A stretch of DNA of 64,000 bases from Octopus sinensis (taxonomy: Eukaryota): the NCBI RefSeq assembly GCF_006345805.1, contig NC_043007.1:66216001-66280000 (forward strand), given 5' to 3'. Positions 25,050 to 37,154 of this stretch are shown piece after piece. Every line of letters begins with the position of its first letter. The first letter of the stretch is position 1. The position numbers and the translations under genes were made by a program. Below the pieces are notes generated by a model that saw nothing but the letters and a program-made list of their open reading frames with translations, made no database searches and was not told the origin of the DNA.

Positions 25050-25330
25050 ATAATTCCGATACACAGCAGTTATATTAAGAAAGGGGTCAGAAACCTCACG
25101 CGAAAGAGAATATTTGTGTTAAAAGAAGAAAAATATTACAGGTCAAGTGATGTACACATCTCTGATGAGACCACAATGAGGGTCGAAAATCAATTAAGAC
25201 TGCCAATCATTTTTATATTTTCTCAATCTGTAGGGAAATAAATTTGTCATGTTTGTATGTCTACTCTGTAGATTTAGATACATTATAACACCCCTTGATA
25301 TTGTGTGAAATGGGATCCCCGTTGATGAGC
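25050..25330 (+). mobile_element. Penelope-like 3' end/pLTR remnant containing a hammerhead
   Basis: Hammerhead at 25157-25202, preceded by weak ..LKEEKYY.. similarity to PLE C-termini. Confidence 0.45.
25157..25202 (+). ncRNA. Minimal type I hammerhead ribozyme motif
   Basis: CAUCU-CUGAUGA-GACC-acaaugag-GGUC-GAAA-AUCAAU-UA-AGACUG. Perfect 4-bp stem II; stem III AAUCAAUU (palindrome AAUCGAUU with CpG decay); UUA triplet; stem I 3 bp + bulge + 2 bp. Confidence 0.7.
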
Positions 25331-25590
25331 CACAGACATTAAAGTTTTAAACCCTAATGGTATGCAAGTTAGTAGGTCTAGTTTTCTGAACCTAGTGGAT
25401 TTGTTGTGTATATAAGTATATAAGGAGATTGGCAGGTTATTTTCTTTGAAATTGGTCTAGTGATGCAGACCCCCAATAAGTGTCGAAAATCTTTCAAAGA
25501 TGTTCATTTTTTTCAATCAACAGAAATAGTTGAAATTATCATGTTCATACATCTATTATCATGTTCAGACATCTATTACATAGCATATAC

Positions 25591-25679
<89 letters not shown>

Positions 25680-25774
25680 CGTGCGTGTATCATTCTTTAA
25701 CAAGAACGGCAGTGACTTCGAAGTTTCGACCAGCTAACACTCCATCGGGCAGTCCATTGATGGCTTAGCTAGCC

Positions 25775-27400
25775 GAAGCTTCCACACTAATGGTAAGCAA
25801 GTGATTGGTCTATAGTTGCTAGCTGTATTACCCTTGCTCTTATCTTTCATGATGAGTATTGTCCGCCCTCTGGTTATCCAATCTGGTATTATTCCTCCAT
25901 TAAGGTAATCCTGAAGTTGTTCCCTCAGCCTCTTATGTAAACTACTGAATTTCTTTAACCAGTACCCTTGAACTAAATCTGGTTCTGGGCCCTTCCCATT
26001 CGGCATTTTTCCTAACACCTTACGCATTAATACTCTAGTTTTAGATCTGACTGCTTCTTACTACTTTTTCCCTCACTTTCTTTAACCATACTGCAACTCC
26101 ATTATGATTGACAGGCTCATCCCAAATATCACTCCGGAACTTTCTAGCTTCTGCATTAGGTTTCTCATCTTCAGTACTTCATTCTCCATTTATTTGGTTA
26201 TAAATTCTCGTCTGGTCTGTCACAATTAAACTACTCTGTTGATACTGATATATTCTTTTCTGATATCTGGAGAGTTTGCCAACTACTACTATGATACGCT
26301 GTTTCAACTCTTCTATTACGACCCCAAGTCCTTTCTCTTTGACTAAGTATATTTCACGGGGGAAGATTTGCATGTTGTGTTTCCTAACTTATTTGTTTTC
26401 CAGGCTTCTATTCTAGTAAGATCTTGTCTTAAAATCTTCCATTTATTTTTGTAGTCTCCTTTTCCACATTTGCTCTTTTTTAATCCGTCCCTGTGAGATA
26501 TCTAATCTTCTGGTGACTACAACCCCTCCTGAATAAATCAATAAGTTAGTGTCTACTAAATTTTTAGTGTCTATCCTACTGATAACAGAATCTACTTTCC
26601 TAGTCATTTCTAGCAGCTTCTTTCTGTTGGTGCCTTTTTATGTTGACAATCTTTTTCTTCCTTCTTTACTCATTACTTCCTGTAACGCATCTAAAATCTT
26701 CTGATCTTCCTTACTTAAATCACTTAAGCCACCGCTACCAGTTGTCCCTTCCTTATTGGTAGCGCTATTATTATTTTTCCCCTTAGGTTCTTCTTTGGTT
26801 TGAGACGTATCTCTTATGTTGTTCATACTGCTTAGTCTTTCTTTTCAATTTTTGCGATCTGTCCAATTCTGTCATCCACGTTTTTCTTCTAATAGTATTA
26901 GCTTGATCAACTAATTTCTGCTCAGTCACTTTAAACATACCCTTGTCTACCCAAAGTTTTAAATTTTCTAAAGACGATCGTTTGTATGTCCGACCAGAAA
27001 AAAACTGTAGTCTTCTTGCAATAAAAAGGATGGTTACATTTTCGAATATTCAGGGCGGAAGGAAAGAAAGGAAGGGCAAAATTTTCATAGAAAATTGTAA
27101 ATATTAAAGATTTTTAATTTTCTAAAGATGATCGTTTGTATGTCCGACTAGTGAAAACTGCTGTGTTCTTACAATAAAAAGTATGTTTACATTTTTGAAT
27201 ATACAAGGAGAAAGGAAATGATAGGTATTCACAAAAGTTGTAAATATTAAAGTTTTTAAAGATGATCGTTTGTGTGTTCGTTCAGAGAAAATTGTAGATA
27301 TGTAAGTTTTATACTTATTTTGAGGGAAACTTAAAATACTCAAAGGAGATTGCAGATGTTCCAGTTTTTGAAAGTTATTTTTCAGTTGTTCTGCTGGGTT
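25775..27400 (-). mobile_element. R4/Dong-like LINE, 5' part of the ORF up to the start of RT, decayed
   Basis: LWVDKGMFKVTEQKLVDQANTIRRKTWM (~26870-26960); KEKGLGVVIEELKQRI..KLSRYQKR (26179-26373); KMPNGKGPEPDLVQGYWLKKFSSLH..PDWITRGRTILIMKDKSKGNTASNYRPITCLPLVWKL (RT domains 0-1; ~25775-26027). Confidence 0.9.
26965..27300. repeat. Diverged tandem triplication (~135-155-bp unit) within the R4 5' region
   Basis: TAAAGA(C/T)GATCGTTTGT(A/G)TGT recurs at ~26970, ~27123 and ~27257. Confidence 0.75.
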
Positions 27401-27485
27401 GTATTAGTGTTTCTGCGTCTTCAGCTGCTGACTGGTCAGAGCAGCAAAGAACACGCTCAGCCGCTGCTAAGGCTAGCGCTATTAT

Positions 27486-27975
27486 TCACCTTCAATCGAG
27501 CAAGTAATGGCGGTTTTCTTTTGCCTGTCGACTGTGGCGAAAGAGGTTTGGTGGACAAGACTTGAAAACGAAACTGAGAGTGGAGGGGGAAGTGCTGTCC
27601 TCGAGTGAGTTTAATGAAAGGTGGATGAAAGTTACGAAAATGGCAAGAGTGGATGGTACCTCTCTAAGTGTAGACCTGTGAGTCGGAGAGAAGGAATTAT
27701 AGAGGGCACTTGCTCCTAGGGATTCAGTGAAATCTCGGACAGAAGGGTTCCTCAATTATCACTAGAGGCGTACCTGTATCAGGAGGGCCATAGCTCTATC
27801 ATCTTTCCCGATCTCTATTACCTTTGCATGCTATGCATGTGTCCCTTCTTTTCCAGTGTATACCGAGTATACTTTATTTTTTATCATTTCATTATTATAT
27901 GCAAACCCCCAAACTTCATGTCTCTCTCTGTATTGTTCCTCTCATCCTTCGCCCTTGTGGCAAATAAATGAAATC
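27486..27975 (+). mobile_element. Tx1/L1-clade LINE 3' end (ORF2 C-terminus, 3'UTR, polyA signal)
   Basis: ..AVFFCLSTVAKEVWWTRL / LKTKLRVEGEVLSSSEFNERWMKVTKMARVDGTSLSVDL* (stop 27679-27681); AATAAA at 27963-27968, then (ATT)n(GTT)n; homologous to 62154-62667. Confidence 0.8.
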
Positions 27976-28262
27976 ATTATTATTATTGTTGTTGTTGTTG
28001 TTGTTATTGTTTTTGTTGTTGTTATTGAAACAAAGCTCAGGTTTGGTCTTATTCTTGGTAGGATTTATGTGGGTAGCGGGTTAATACCTGTAGCCTTAAA
28101 TATTCACAAGTTTTCGGCATTCTTTCAAGCTTAGAACCCTCCTAATAATTTTTGCTGCCCTTAAGAGGCAAATTTTCTGTAGAAGCTGTACCAAACATTC
28201 CATTTCAATCCCCTTCTGTCATTTGTCTATATCTTGAATTACTGTTCCAATTATTATTATTA

Positions 28263-28301
<39 letters not shown>

Positions 28302-28336
28302 TATTATTATTACCATTATTATTATTATTATTATTA

Positions 28337-28372
<36 letters not shown>

Positions 28373-28379
28373 ATAGCCG

Positions 28380-28485
28380 TCGAGGGCAGAAGACCGAGGT
28401 GCAACTTGTGCAGTAGCAAAGACCAGCTCAAATGCCACAAAGCATTTTGCACGGTGTGCTTACGATTCTGCCAGCTCGCCGTCTT
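28380..28485 (-). mobile_element. SINE family B head fragment
   Basis: ACGATTCTGCCAGCTCGCCGTC is the reverse complement of the family B head. Confidence 0.7.
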
Positions 28486-28539
28486 AATACACTCTCGTAG
28501 TTATCCTTTTTATTGTTGTTGCTAGTTTTGCATTAGAAA

Positions 28540-28720
28540 TTTATCTTTTAAGAGCTCATATCGGTGTCGATGCGACAGGCTTGTTTCTGAGGATTCCAAA
28601 TAATCTTTGAGATTTGGTTTGATTATTTCAACTTTGTAGAGACAGATGTTTCTGACAACGTAGGGGAACTCATAGAATAGTTGCATCGTGGAATGCAATC
28701 TTGGCAATTTCTTATATTCT
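28540..28720 (-). mobile_element. Probable Penelope-type GIY-YIG endonuclease remnant
   Basis: NICLYKVEIIKPNLKDYLESSETSLSHRHRY resembles VYK..C/..YIG.TE..L..R of PLE GIY-YIG domains. Confidence 0.4.
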
Positions 28721-28781
28721 GCAACATTTTTCATGGGGCTCTCAGATGTCCGAATTCTTTTACATAAATAAATAAATAAAT

Positions 28782-28855
<74 letters not shown>

Positions 28856-28934
28856 AAATAAACATATAAAGGAAATAATGTGGGATCAGAAACTCTCCAG
28901 AGCTATGTCTTAAGTATTGAGATGCACTGCCACG

Positions 28935-28989
<55 letters not shown>

Positions 28990-29186
28990 TTGCTGCTACT
29001 ATTGCTGCTGCTACTGTTGCTGCTACTACTACTACTATTGCTGCTACTGCTGTGTGCTACTAACACTACTACTACTACTACTTCTACTATTGCTGCTACT
29101 ATTGCTGCTACTATTACTACTATTGCTGCTGTTACTGTTGCTGCTACTGCTGTGTGCTACTACTACTACTACTATTACTATTGCTG

Positions 29187-29231
<45 letters not shown>

Positions 29232-29477
29232 TACTACTACTACTACTACTACTAGTACTACCACTGGCGCTACTACCCCGATCGCTCATGCCTCTGTCAT
29301 CGCATTTATTGAGATGCACCACCACAACTACTACTACTACTACTACTACTACTATTGCTGCTACTATTGCTGCTACTATTGCTGCTGCTACTGTTGCTGC
29401 TACTATTACTACTATTGCTGCTGCTATTGTTGCTACTACTACTGCTGCTACTACTACTGCTGCTACTACTACTACTA

Positions 29478-29531
<54 letters not shown>

Positions 29532-29757
29532 CGGCGCTACTGCCCCGATCGCTCATGCCTCTGTCATCGCATTTATCAGCAATACAATCAACCTTTATCG
29601 CCACAAGCGCCATAGAGACCAACCAGCCGGCTTGACCGTCACATTCCTCATTCTTTTACAAGCTCCAACAAGAAACATCGCCAAGCCAGGACTTGCACCG
29701 ACACAGGCGGAACCCATAATCAACATTAACTATCATCATCATCATAATAATAATAAC

Positions 29758-29821
<64 letters not shown>

Positions 29822-29924
29822 TAAAAACAACAACAACAACAACAACAACAATAATAATAATAATATTAATATTAATAATCATAATAATAATAATATTAAT
29901 CATCATCATCATCATCATCATCAT

Positions 29925-29962
<38 letters not shown>

Positions 29963-29991
29963 CAACAACATCAATAATAATAATAATAATG

Positions 29992-30039
<48 letters not shown>

Positions 30040-30099
30040 TTAATATTAATAATAATAATATTAATCATCATCATCATCCTCATCATCATCATCATCATC

Positions 30100-30150
<51 letters not shown>
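28935..30150. repeat. (ACT/GCT)n and (AAT/CAT/AAC)n microsatellite complex with a duplicated 55-bp unique unit
   Basis: GGCGCTACT(A/G)CCCCGATCGCTCATGCCTCTGTCATCGCATTTAT at ~29267 and ~29533. Confidence 0.9.
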
Positions 30151-30819
30151 TTTATCATCACCATTACTGAGAACGGCATCGTCAGCTACGGCAGAATATC
30201 ACAGCCATTCACAATCAGCAGCATGTTCACCACATCAAGCAGATGTAATAGTATCACACTAAGTGATTACATCGCAGCAATCGGCGCCTTTAGCATTGAC
30301 CAATTACAGCGCTATGCCAGCTCCTAACACCGTCCACAACGCTCTCAACAAACCCCAAAGCGGCCACTGTTTATGCGACCTCAAGCTCACCCCAAAACAC
30401 CGTCTACTCTCTCACACTTGCTCTCTCTCCTCTCTTCCTCACTCTCTCACACTTGCTCTCTCTTTCTCTCTTACTCACTCTCTCTGTCTCTCTCATTCTC
30501 TAACTCTCTATCTCTTTCTTTTTTTTCTCCCTCTCACTCTCTCACTCTATCTTTCTTTCTACCCCCCCCTCTCTCTCTCTCTCTGTCTGCTTCTCTATCA
30601 CGCTTTCCAAAATCTATATTACTCTCACTCTCTTTCTCTCTCTTACACTCATTCCTTCTCTATTCCTTTCTCCTCCTCTCTTCCTCTCTCTATCTCCCCC
30701 CCCCCCCTATGTTCTCACAGTGCTTCAATAAGCTACTGACCCCTGCCCAACACCTACTTATGATGACCATCTGACAACGCCCATTCCATTTTGTTGATTA
30801 TCAGGAATACCGTACAACT

Positions 30820-30843
30820 ACTACCACATGTACTACAGCTACG

Positions 30844-30880
<37 letters not shown>

Positions 30881-30881
30881 T

Positions 30882-30918
<37 letters not shown>

Positions 30919-31527
30919 GCTACTGCTGCTGCTGCTACAACTACTATAGCTACTACAGCTACAGCTACTACTACTACTACAGCTACAGCTACTACTACAG
31001 CTACTGTTACTACTACTACTACTACTACTACTTCTACTACTACTTCTACTTCTTCTACTACTACTACTACTGCTACTACTACTACTACTACTACTAATAC
31101 TACTACTACTGCATCTACTACTACTGCTGCTGCTGCTGCTACAACTACTACAGCTACTACTACTACCGCTTGTACAATACTACTACTAATATTACTACTA
31201 CCGCAACTATTACTACAATGACTACAACGACTACTACTACTACTACTACTACTACCAATTGTACTACTATGACTATCACTTGTACTACTACTGCTATTAC
31301 AACTACAACTACTACTTCCACCATTTGTAATACTACAACTACTATGACTAATACTATATATTGTACTATTACTGCTACAACTACAGTTACCCCCACTACT
31401 ACTACTATTACAACTACTACTACTTGTACTACTACTACTATGACTACGACTACCACCACTTGTACTACTGCAACTACTACAACTGCTACTACTGCTTGGA
31501 CTACTACTGCTACAACTACAGCTACTT

Positions 31528-31562
<35 letters not shown>

Positions 31563-32060
31563 GCAACTACTACTACTGCTGCTGCTGCTACAACTACTAC
31601 AGCTACTACTACTACCACTTGTACAATACTACTACTACTACTACCGCAACTATTACTACAATGACTACAACGACTACTACTACTACTACTACCAATTGTA
31701 CTACTACGACTATCACTTGTACTACTACTGCTACTACTACTACAACTAATACTACCACCATTTGTAATACTACAACTACTATGACTAATACTATTTATTG
31801 TACTATTACTGCTACAACTACAGTTACACCCACTACTACTACTATTACAACTACTACTACTTGTACTACTACTACTACGACTACGACTACCACCACTTGT
31901 ACTACTGCAACTACTACGACTACTACTACTGCTTGGACTACTACTGCTACAACTACAGCTACTTCTACTACTACTACTTCTACTACTACTACTGCTACTC
32001 CAACAACAACTACTACTTGTACTATTGCTACTACTGCTGCTGCTGCTGCTGTTACTGCTG
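30820..32060. repeat. Cryptic (ACT)n array with a ~450-bp higher-order tandem duplication
   Basis: Interrupting motifs (TTGTACAATAC, CCATTTGTAATAC, CTGCTTGGAC) repeat in the same order from ~31170 and ~31620. Confidence 0.85.
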
Positions 32061-32334
32061 ATACTACTAGCACCACTTCACTAACACAAAGAACTACAGT
32101 AAAAACTAAAGAGCTCCAATACCTTCGCTGCGCTCAACACCACCTCCACCACCACTACCACCACCATCATCACTGCCAACAACATCATTTATCTGTGCTC
32201 ACCTCTGATATCATAGACACCCACTTCCCACAAATGTTATGTCATCCATTATTATGACATCATCCATTACCAACTGTACTCACCCCCATCGCCACCATTA
32301 CCATCATTGCACAGTCACTATAACGCCAAAGTCC

Positions 32335-32430
32335 ACTCAGCCGGCAAAAATGAGTAGCACCTATATTTCAAAGGACCAGCCTTTGCGTCACGCTGAATGT
32401 TCCTGAGAACTACGTTAGGGGTACGCGTGT
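32335..32430 (+). mobile_element. SINE family C fragment (CORE end + tail type 1)
   Basis: CACTCAGCCGGCAAAAATGAGTAGCACC..TTCAAAGGACCAGCCTT..CTGAGAACTACGTTAGGGGTAC. Confidence 0.75.
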
Positions 32431-32489
32431 ATGGATATCAGGACAAAATCTCGCCGAAAACAAAATCCCACCGACATTGTAAACTGTGT

Positions 32490-33410
32490 GACGTCTACTA
32501 TTATATAATAATAATAATATAATAATAATAATAATAATAAAATAATAATAATAATAATAATATAATGATAATGATAATGATGATGATGAGATGATGATGA
32601 TGAATAATGAAATATAATAATAATAAGAATAAAGATGAAGGAGATGATGATGATGATGAAAAGATGATGATATAATAAAGAAGGAGAAAAGAAAGGAAGA
32701 AGATGAAGGGGAGAAGAAGAAGAAGAAGATGAATGAAGATGATAAGAAGAAGAAGAAGAAGAAGAAAGAAGAAGATGAAGAGAAGAAGAAGAAAAGAAAA
32801 AGAAGAAGAGGGGAAAAGAAGATGAAGAAGAAGAGGAGGAGAAGAGAAGAAGAAGAAGAAGAAGGAGAAAAGAAGATGAAGAAAAAAAGAAGAAGAAGAA
32901 GAAATGAGAAGAAGAAGAGGGAAGAAAGAAGAAGAAGAAGAAGAAAAAGAGGAAGAAGAAGAAAAGAAGAGAGGAGAAGTGGAAGAAGAAGAAAAAATGA
33001 GAAGAAGAACAAAAAGAAAAAGAAGAAGAAGAAGAAGAAGAAAAAGAAGAAGAAGAAGAAGAAGGAGAAGAAGAGGAAAAAGAAGATGAAGAAAAGAAGA
33101 TGAAGAAGAAGAAGAAAAAGAAGAAGAAGAAGAAGAAAAGAAGAAGAAGAAGAAGAAGAAGAGGAAAAAGAAGATGAAGAAGAAGAAGAAAAGAAGAAGA
33201 AGAAGAAGAAGAAGAGGAAAAAGAAGATGAAGAAGAAGAAGTTGAAGAGGAAGGTGAAGAGGAAGTTGAAGAAGAAGAAGAAGAAGAAGATGAAGAGGAA
33301 GATGAAGAAGAAGATGAGAAGAAGAAGAAGAAGAAGAAGAAGAAGAAGAAGAAGAGGAAGAGGAAGAGGAAGAGGAAGAAGAAGAAGAAGAAAAGAAGAA
33401 AAGAAGAAGA
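32490..33410. repeat. Compound (AAT)n-(GAT)n-(GAA)n tract with ~700 bp of polypurine
   Basis: Directly visible. Confidence 0.95.
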
Positions 33411-34365
33411 GACGTCATGACAATATAGCAAGTGTTGTCCATTGGATACTTTGCAATAAGTATGAACTTTACAGAGCAAAAACGTGATACGAACATAAAT
33501 CCGAAGGCATCATTGAAAATGATAATGCAAAGATCCTATGGGATTTTATGATTCAGTGCGACCATGAGATGGAGAATAGGAAACCAGACATAGTGTTGAG
33601 AAAGAACACATACGATGCTGGATCATAGCTATAGCATTCCAAGCTGACAACAAGGTACGCAATAAGGAAGAAAGAAAAGTAGATAGATATGACAGGTTAG
33701 CTTGGGAGATTAAGCAGTTGTGGCGCTGAAAAATGGTGGTAGTAGTACCAATGATTGACGGAGCCCTGGGAACAATGAGTAAAAATCTTGAGAAGTACAT
33801 TGAGCATAGGCGTAGGAGTGTCTGTGGGGTAAGTAGCTTGCTTACCAACAACATGGTTCCGGGTTCAGTCCCACTGCGTGGTACCTTGGGCAAGTGTCTT
33901 CTTCTATAGCCTTGGGCCGACCAAAGCCTTGTGAGTGGATTTGGTAGACGGAAACTGAAAGAAGCCTGTCGTACATATGTATATATATATGTGGGGGGGG
34001 GGTCTATGTCTGTGTTTGTCACCCAAACATCACTTGACAACCGATGCTGGCGTGTTACGTCCCCATAACTTAGCGGTTCGGCAAAAGAGACCGATAGAAT
34101 AAATACTAGGCTTATAAAGAATAAGTCCTGGGGTCGATTTGCTCGACTAAAGGTGGTGCTCCAGCATGGCCACACTCAAATACTGAAATAAGTAAAAGAG
34201 TAAAATTGGGATTGCAATAAATGTGGAGCACTTGCAGAAAACAGCACTGCTTAGAGCCGCTCGAATACTCCGGATGGTGCTCGAAAAACAAGGGGTGCTA
34301 TCTTAGTTCACTGGTAAGAACAGCTGACACCGCAGTACATCTCCAGCGTTAGAAGTTGTGCAAAG
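33408..34365 (+). mobile_element. R4/Dong-like LINE 3' end (RLE domain), interrupted by a SINE A copy
   Basis: RRHDNIASVVHWILCNKY..YEHKSEGIIENDNAKILWDFMIQCDHEMENRKPDIV..VVVPMIDGALGTMSKNLEKYIE [SINE 33807-34203] KIGIAINVEHLQKTALLRAARILRMVLE; followed by (AAC)/(AAT)n. Confidence 0.9.
33807..34203 (+). mobile_element. SINE family A, full length, nested in the R4-like LINE
   Basis: Full family A consensus between two collinear halves of the RLE coding sequence. Confidence 0.9.
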
Positions 34366-34490
34366 ACAACAACAACAATGATAATAATAATAATAATAAT
34401 AATAATATAATAATAATAATAATAATAATAATCTTTTCTTATACCAGTTGTTTGCGTCATTGTGCCTCTATCCTAAAATGTGTGTGTGTA

Positions 34491-34520
<30 letters not shown>

Positions 34521-34523
<3 letters not shown>

Positions 34524-34748
34524 GAAGGAGTGTGGCTAAGTTGTTAGAGTTAGTCGTGAGTTCAACCTGTAAATTCGAAGAGCCGGCTTCATCACACTTT
34601 GTGTCACGCTGAATCTTCCTGAGAACTATGTTAAGGGTACACTTGTCTGTGGAGTACTCAGCCACTTGCACGTTAATTTTATGAGCAGGCTGTTCCACTG
34701 ATCGGATCAACTGGGACCCTCGTCGTCGTAACCGACGGAGTGCCAGTC
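34521..34748 (+). mobile_element. SINE family C, tail type 1, CORE region deleted
   Basis: Head GTGAAGGAGTGTGGCTAAG joined to the tail ..GATCGGATCAACTGGGACCCTCGTCGTCGTAACCGACGGAGTGCCAG. Confidence 0.8.
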
Positions 34749-35238
34749 GGTTATTTCACCAGATAGAACTAGTAACCATGTCCCTCTCAAATCGCTCTCT
34801 ACCTATCTGAACTTTGAAATGAGACACATGAAACAACACTTTTTTCTCTTTTCTGTATGTATTCAAATACAGATGAAGTATTAGTATGTTTCTTTGTGCA
34901 ACGCTAAAGAATGAAATGAAAAAAGCATTGGCGCCAGCGCGTAGCACTGGTTGACGCCCACTGCAACCAACAAGAAACTGCACAGAGCTGGTACCCGATT
35001 ATAGAATTTGAACACTTGTACGAATGTGTAGATAGTCGATCGTACAAACAAACTTTGCCAGGCATCTAAGCCAACAGAGTTGAAACTATGACTGAAACTT
35101 TACAGCGTCCAAAATATTCCGTGATGTCAAAGCCCGCATACAAAACCTTGCTCTGTGTCATACATATGTATGTACGTATATATGGATACCTGTATATGTA
35201 CTTACCGCTTGCCTAATAGTGGTTTTATCTCTAATTTA

Positions 35239-35290
<52 letters not shown>

Positions 35291-36778
35291 GTGTGTGTGT
35301 GTTGTGTGTGTGGTGTGGTGTGTGTGTGTGTGTCGTGTGTGTTTGTGTGTGTGTGTGTGTGTGTATAATATATTATATATATATATATATATTTATATTA
35401 TATATATACATACACGTATGAATGATTGTAAGCATATATATTAACCTCCAACAAATACCAGAGAAATTACTGCTACATCCTGACGCGTTTGGACCAAGAA
35501 CAAGTCCCGGCTCCAATTAGTTATAATACCCCAAAATATGATTTTAAAATTCGCACCAAGAGGGGCCGCTATGTTAAAGGACAATACTTGATATAGGACG
35601 GCAATCAAGAAAAGCTATGTTTAAACTACACACATATATACACACACAAACATACACACGGACACACTGGTACACCGATATATGTATGTATGTGTAACTG
35701 CATTCATCTATCTATATGTATATATATATATATATATATATTATATACACACATATATACCTACTTACATACATACATACATACATACATCAACATATGT
35801 GGAAATCTGTAGGTATGTTTGTTTGTGGCATTATTATCTAACTCCTCCTACATCGTTTTATCGATTTTGATAAAACTGGACACGTGGGTAGAACTCATGT
35901 CTGGAAAACTAGTGACATACTTAGATTTTTGAAATAAATCGCTAATAGGGATGCTTGAAGGGATTCTTATATCTACTACATATATCTAATTTATTATTTT
36001 TAAACATCCAAGGGAAATAACCTATTGGCTCTTGAAAGGGATCCTTATATATAGCCAAGGGAAATAACCCATTCATATTCTAAATTATTTCGTATAAATC
36101 AAACTGAGTATGCTTATTTACTAATATTTGAATTATTATAGTTATTTTCGCAATTTATCCAGTACAACGCTTAAACAAGAAAATAGTATTTTCCTAAACA
36201 ATAGATTCACTTATTGCGGTTAGTGACTTATTCACGAATATACCAACACTAGCGCCTGCTGAGAGTAATATTCTCTGCGAATGCACAAAAACCGTTTTAA
36301 GGGCTACATACGTTGTATTGTTGTTAATTGATTAGCGAAACAATTATGAGATCAAAACCAAAGGATAAGCCCCGCTTTCCCGGGAATTACCAGGTACGTC
36401 AGCTAGTACATACATAGATGTATATCCATATTACTATACATCTATCTATCTTGCCACACACACACACACACAGTGCATGTGTTCAGGCAACGTCGATTTC
36501 ATGGAGAGAGTGAAGTAATGTGCGACACGAATATTTGATCACTATAAACAAATCTTTTATGCAAAAAGCTGAACATGCATAAGTCATCCTCGACGGAAGA
36601 GACCATCATATATGTATATGTGTGTGTGTGTTGCATGCGAGAGAGAAAGGGTGTATAATATATATATATATATACATACATACATACATACATACATACA
36701 TACATACATACATACATACATACATACATACATGTATGTATGTATATATTACATCTGTACTTGTGTGTGACAGACAGC

Positions 36779-36824
<46 letters not shown>

Positions 36825-36886
36825 CGGTCATTGGTGTGTAAATGAAACGGTACTACTACTACTGTTGCTACGACTACTACTACTAG

Positions 36887-36917
<31 letters not shown>

Positions 36918-37123
36918 GCCACTGCTGCTGCTGCTGATGCTGCTACTACTACTACTACTTATCAGCCTTATTCCCACGTTCTATTAGTCCAAACTGGTGA
37001 GTCGTTTCGTGTTTAACGTACGAAACCATATGTACCATTATCGTTAATCTTCCAGTTCTTATTAATTGTTATTGCAATCAGTGCTGTCGTTATTATCTAT
37101 CTTGCAGTTATAGTTGCTTCTCA

Positions 37124-37154
<31 letters not shown>

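Noticed and set aside
25700-25770. Minus-strand GAAAC-TTCGAA-GTC palindromic half-hammerhead at the R4 break point
   Set aside because: The upstream core reads CCGATGG, and stems I and II do not pair; at most a pLTR relic
30197-30209. TATCACAGCCATT, a 13-nt match to the 5' end of miR-2/miR-13 family miRNAs
   Set aside because: The 3' part does not match and there is no complementary arm to form a precursor hairpin
28880-30327. Longest ORFs in the track (445 aa, 251 aa), and similar poly-Y/I/T/D/S ORFs elsewhere
   Set aside because: They are translations of trinucleotide or dinucleotide microsatellites with no domain content
36340-36400. Possible mini-exon MRSKPKDKPRFPGNYQ with a strong CAG|GTACGT donor
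   Set aside because: No recognisable homology, acceptor or partner exon; could be chance
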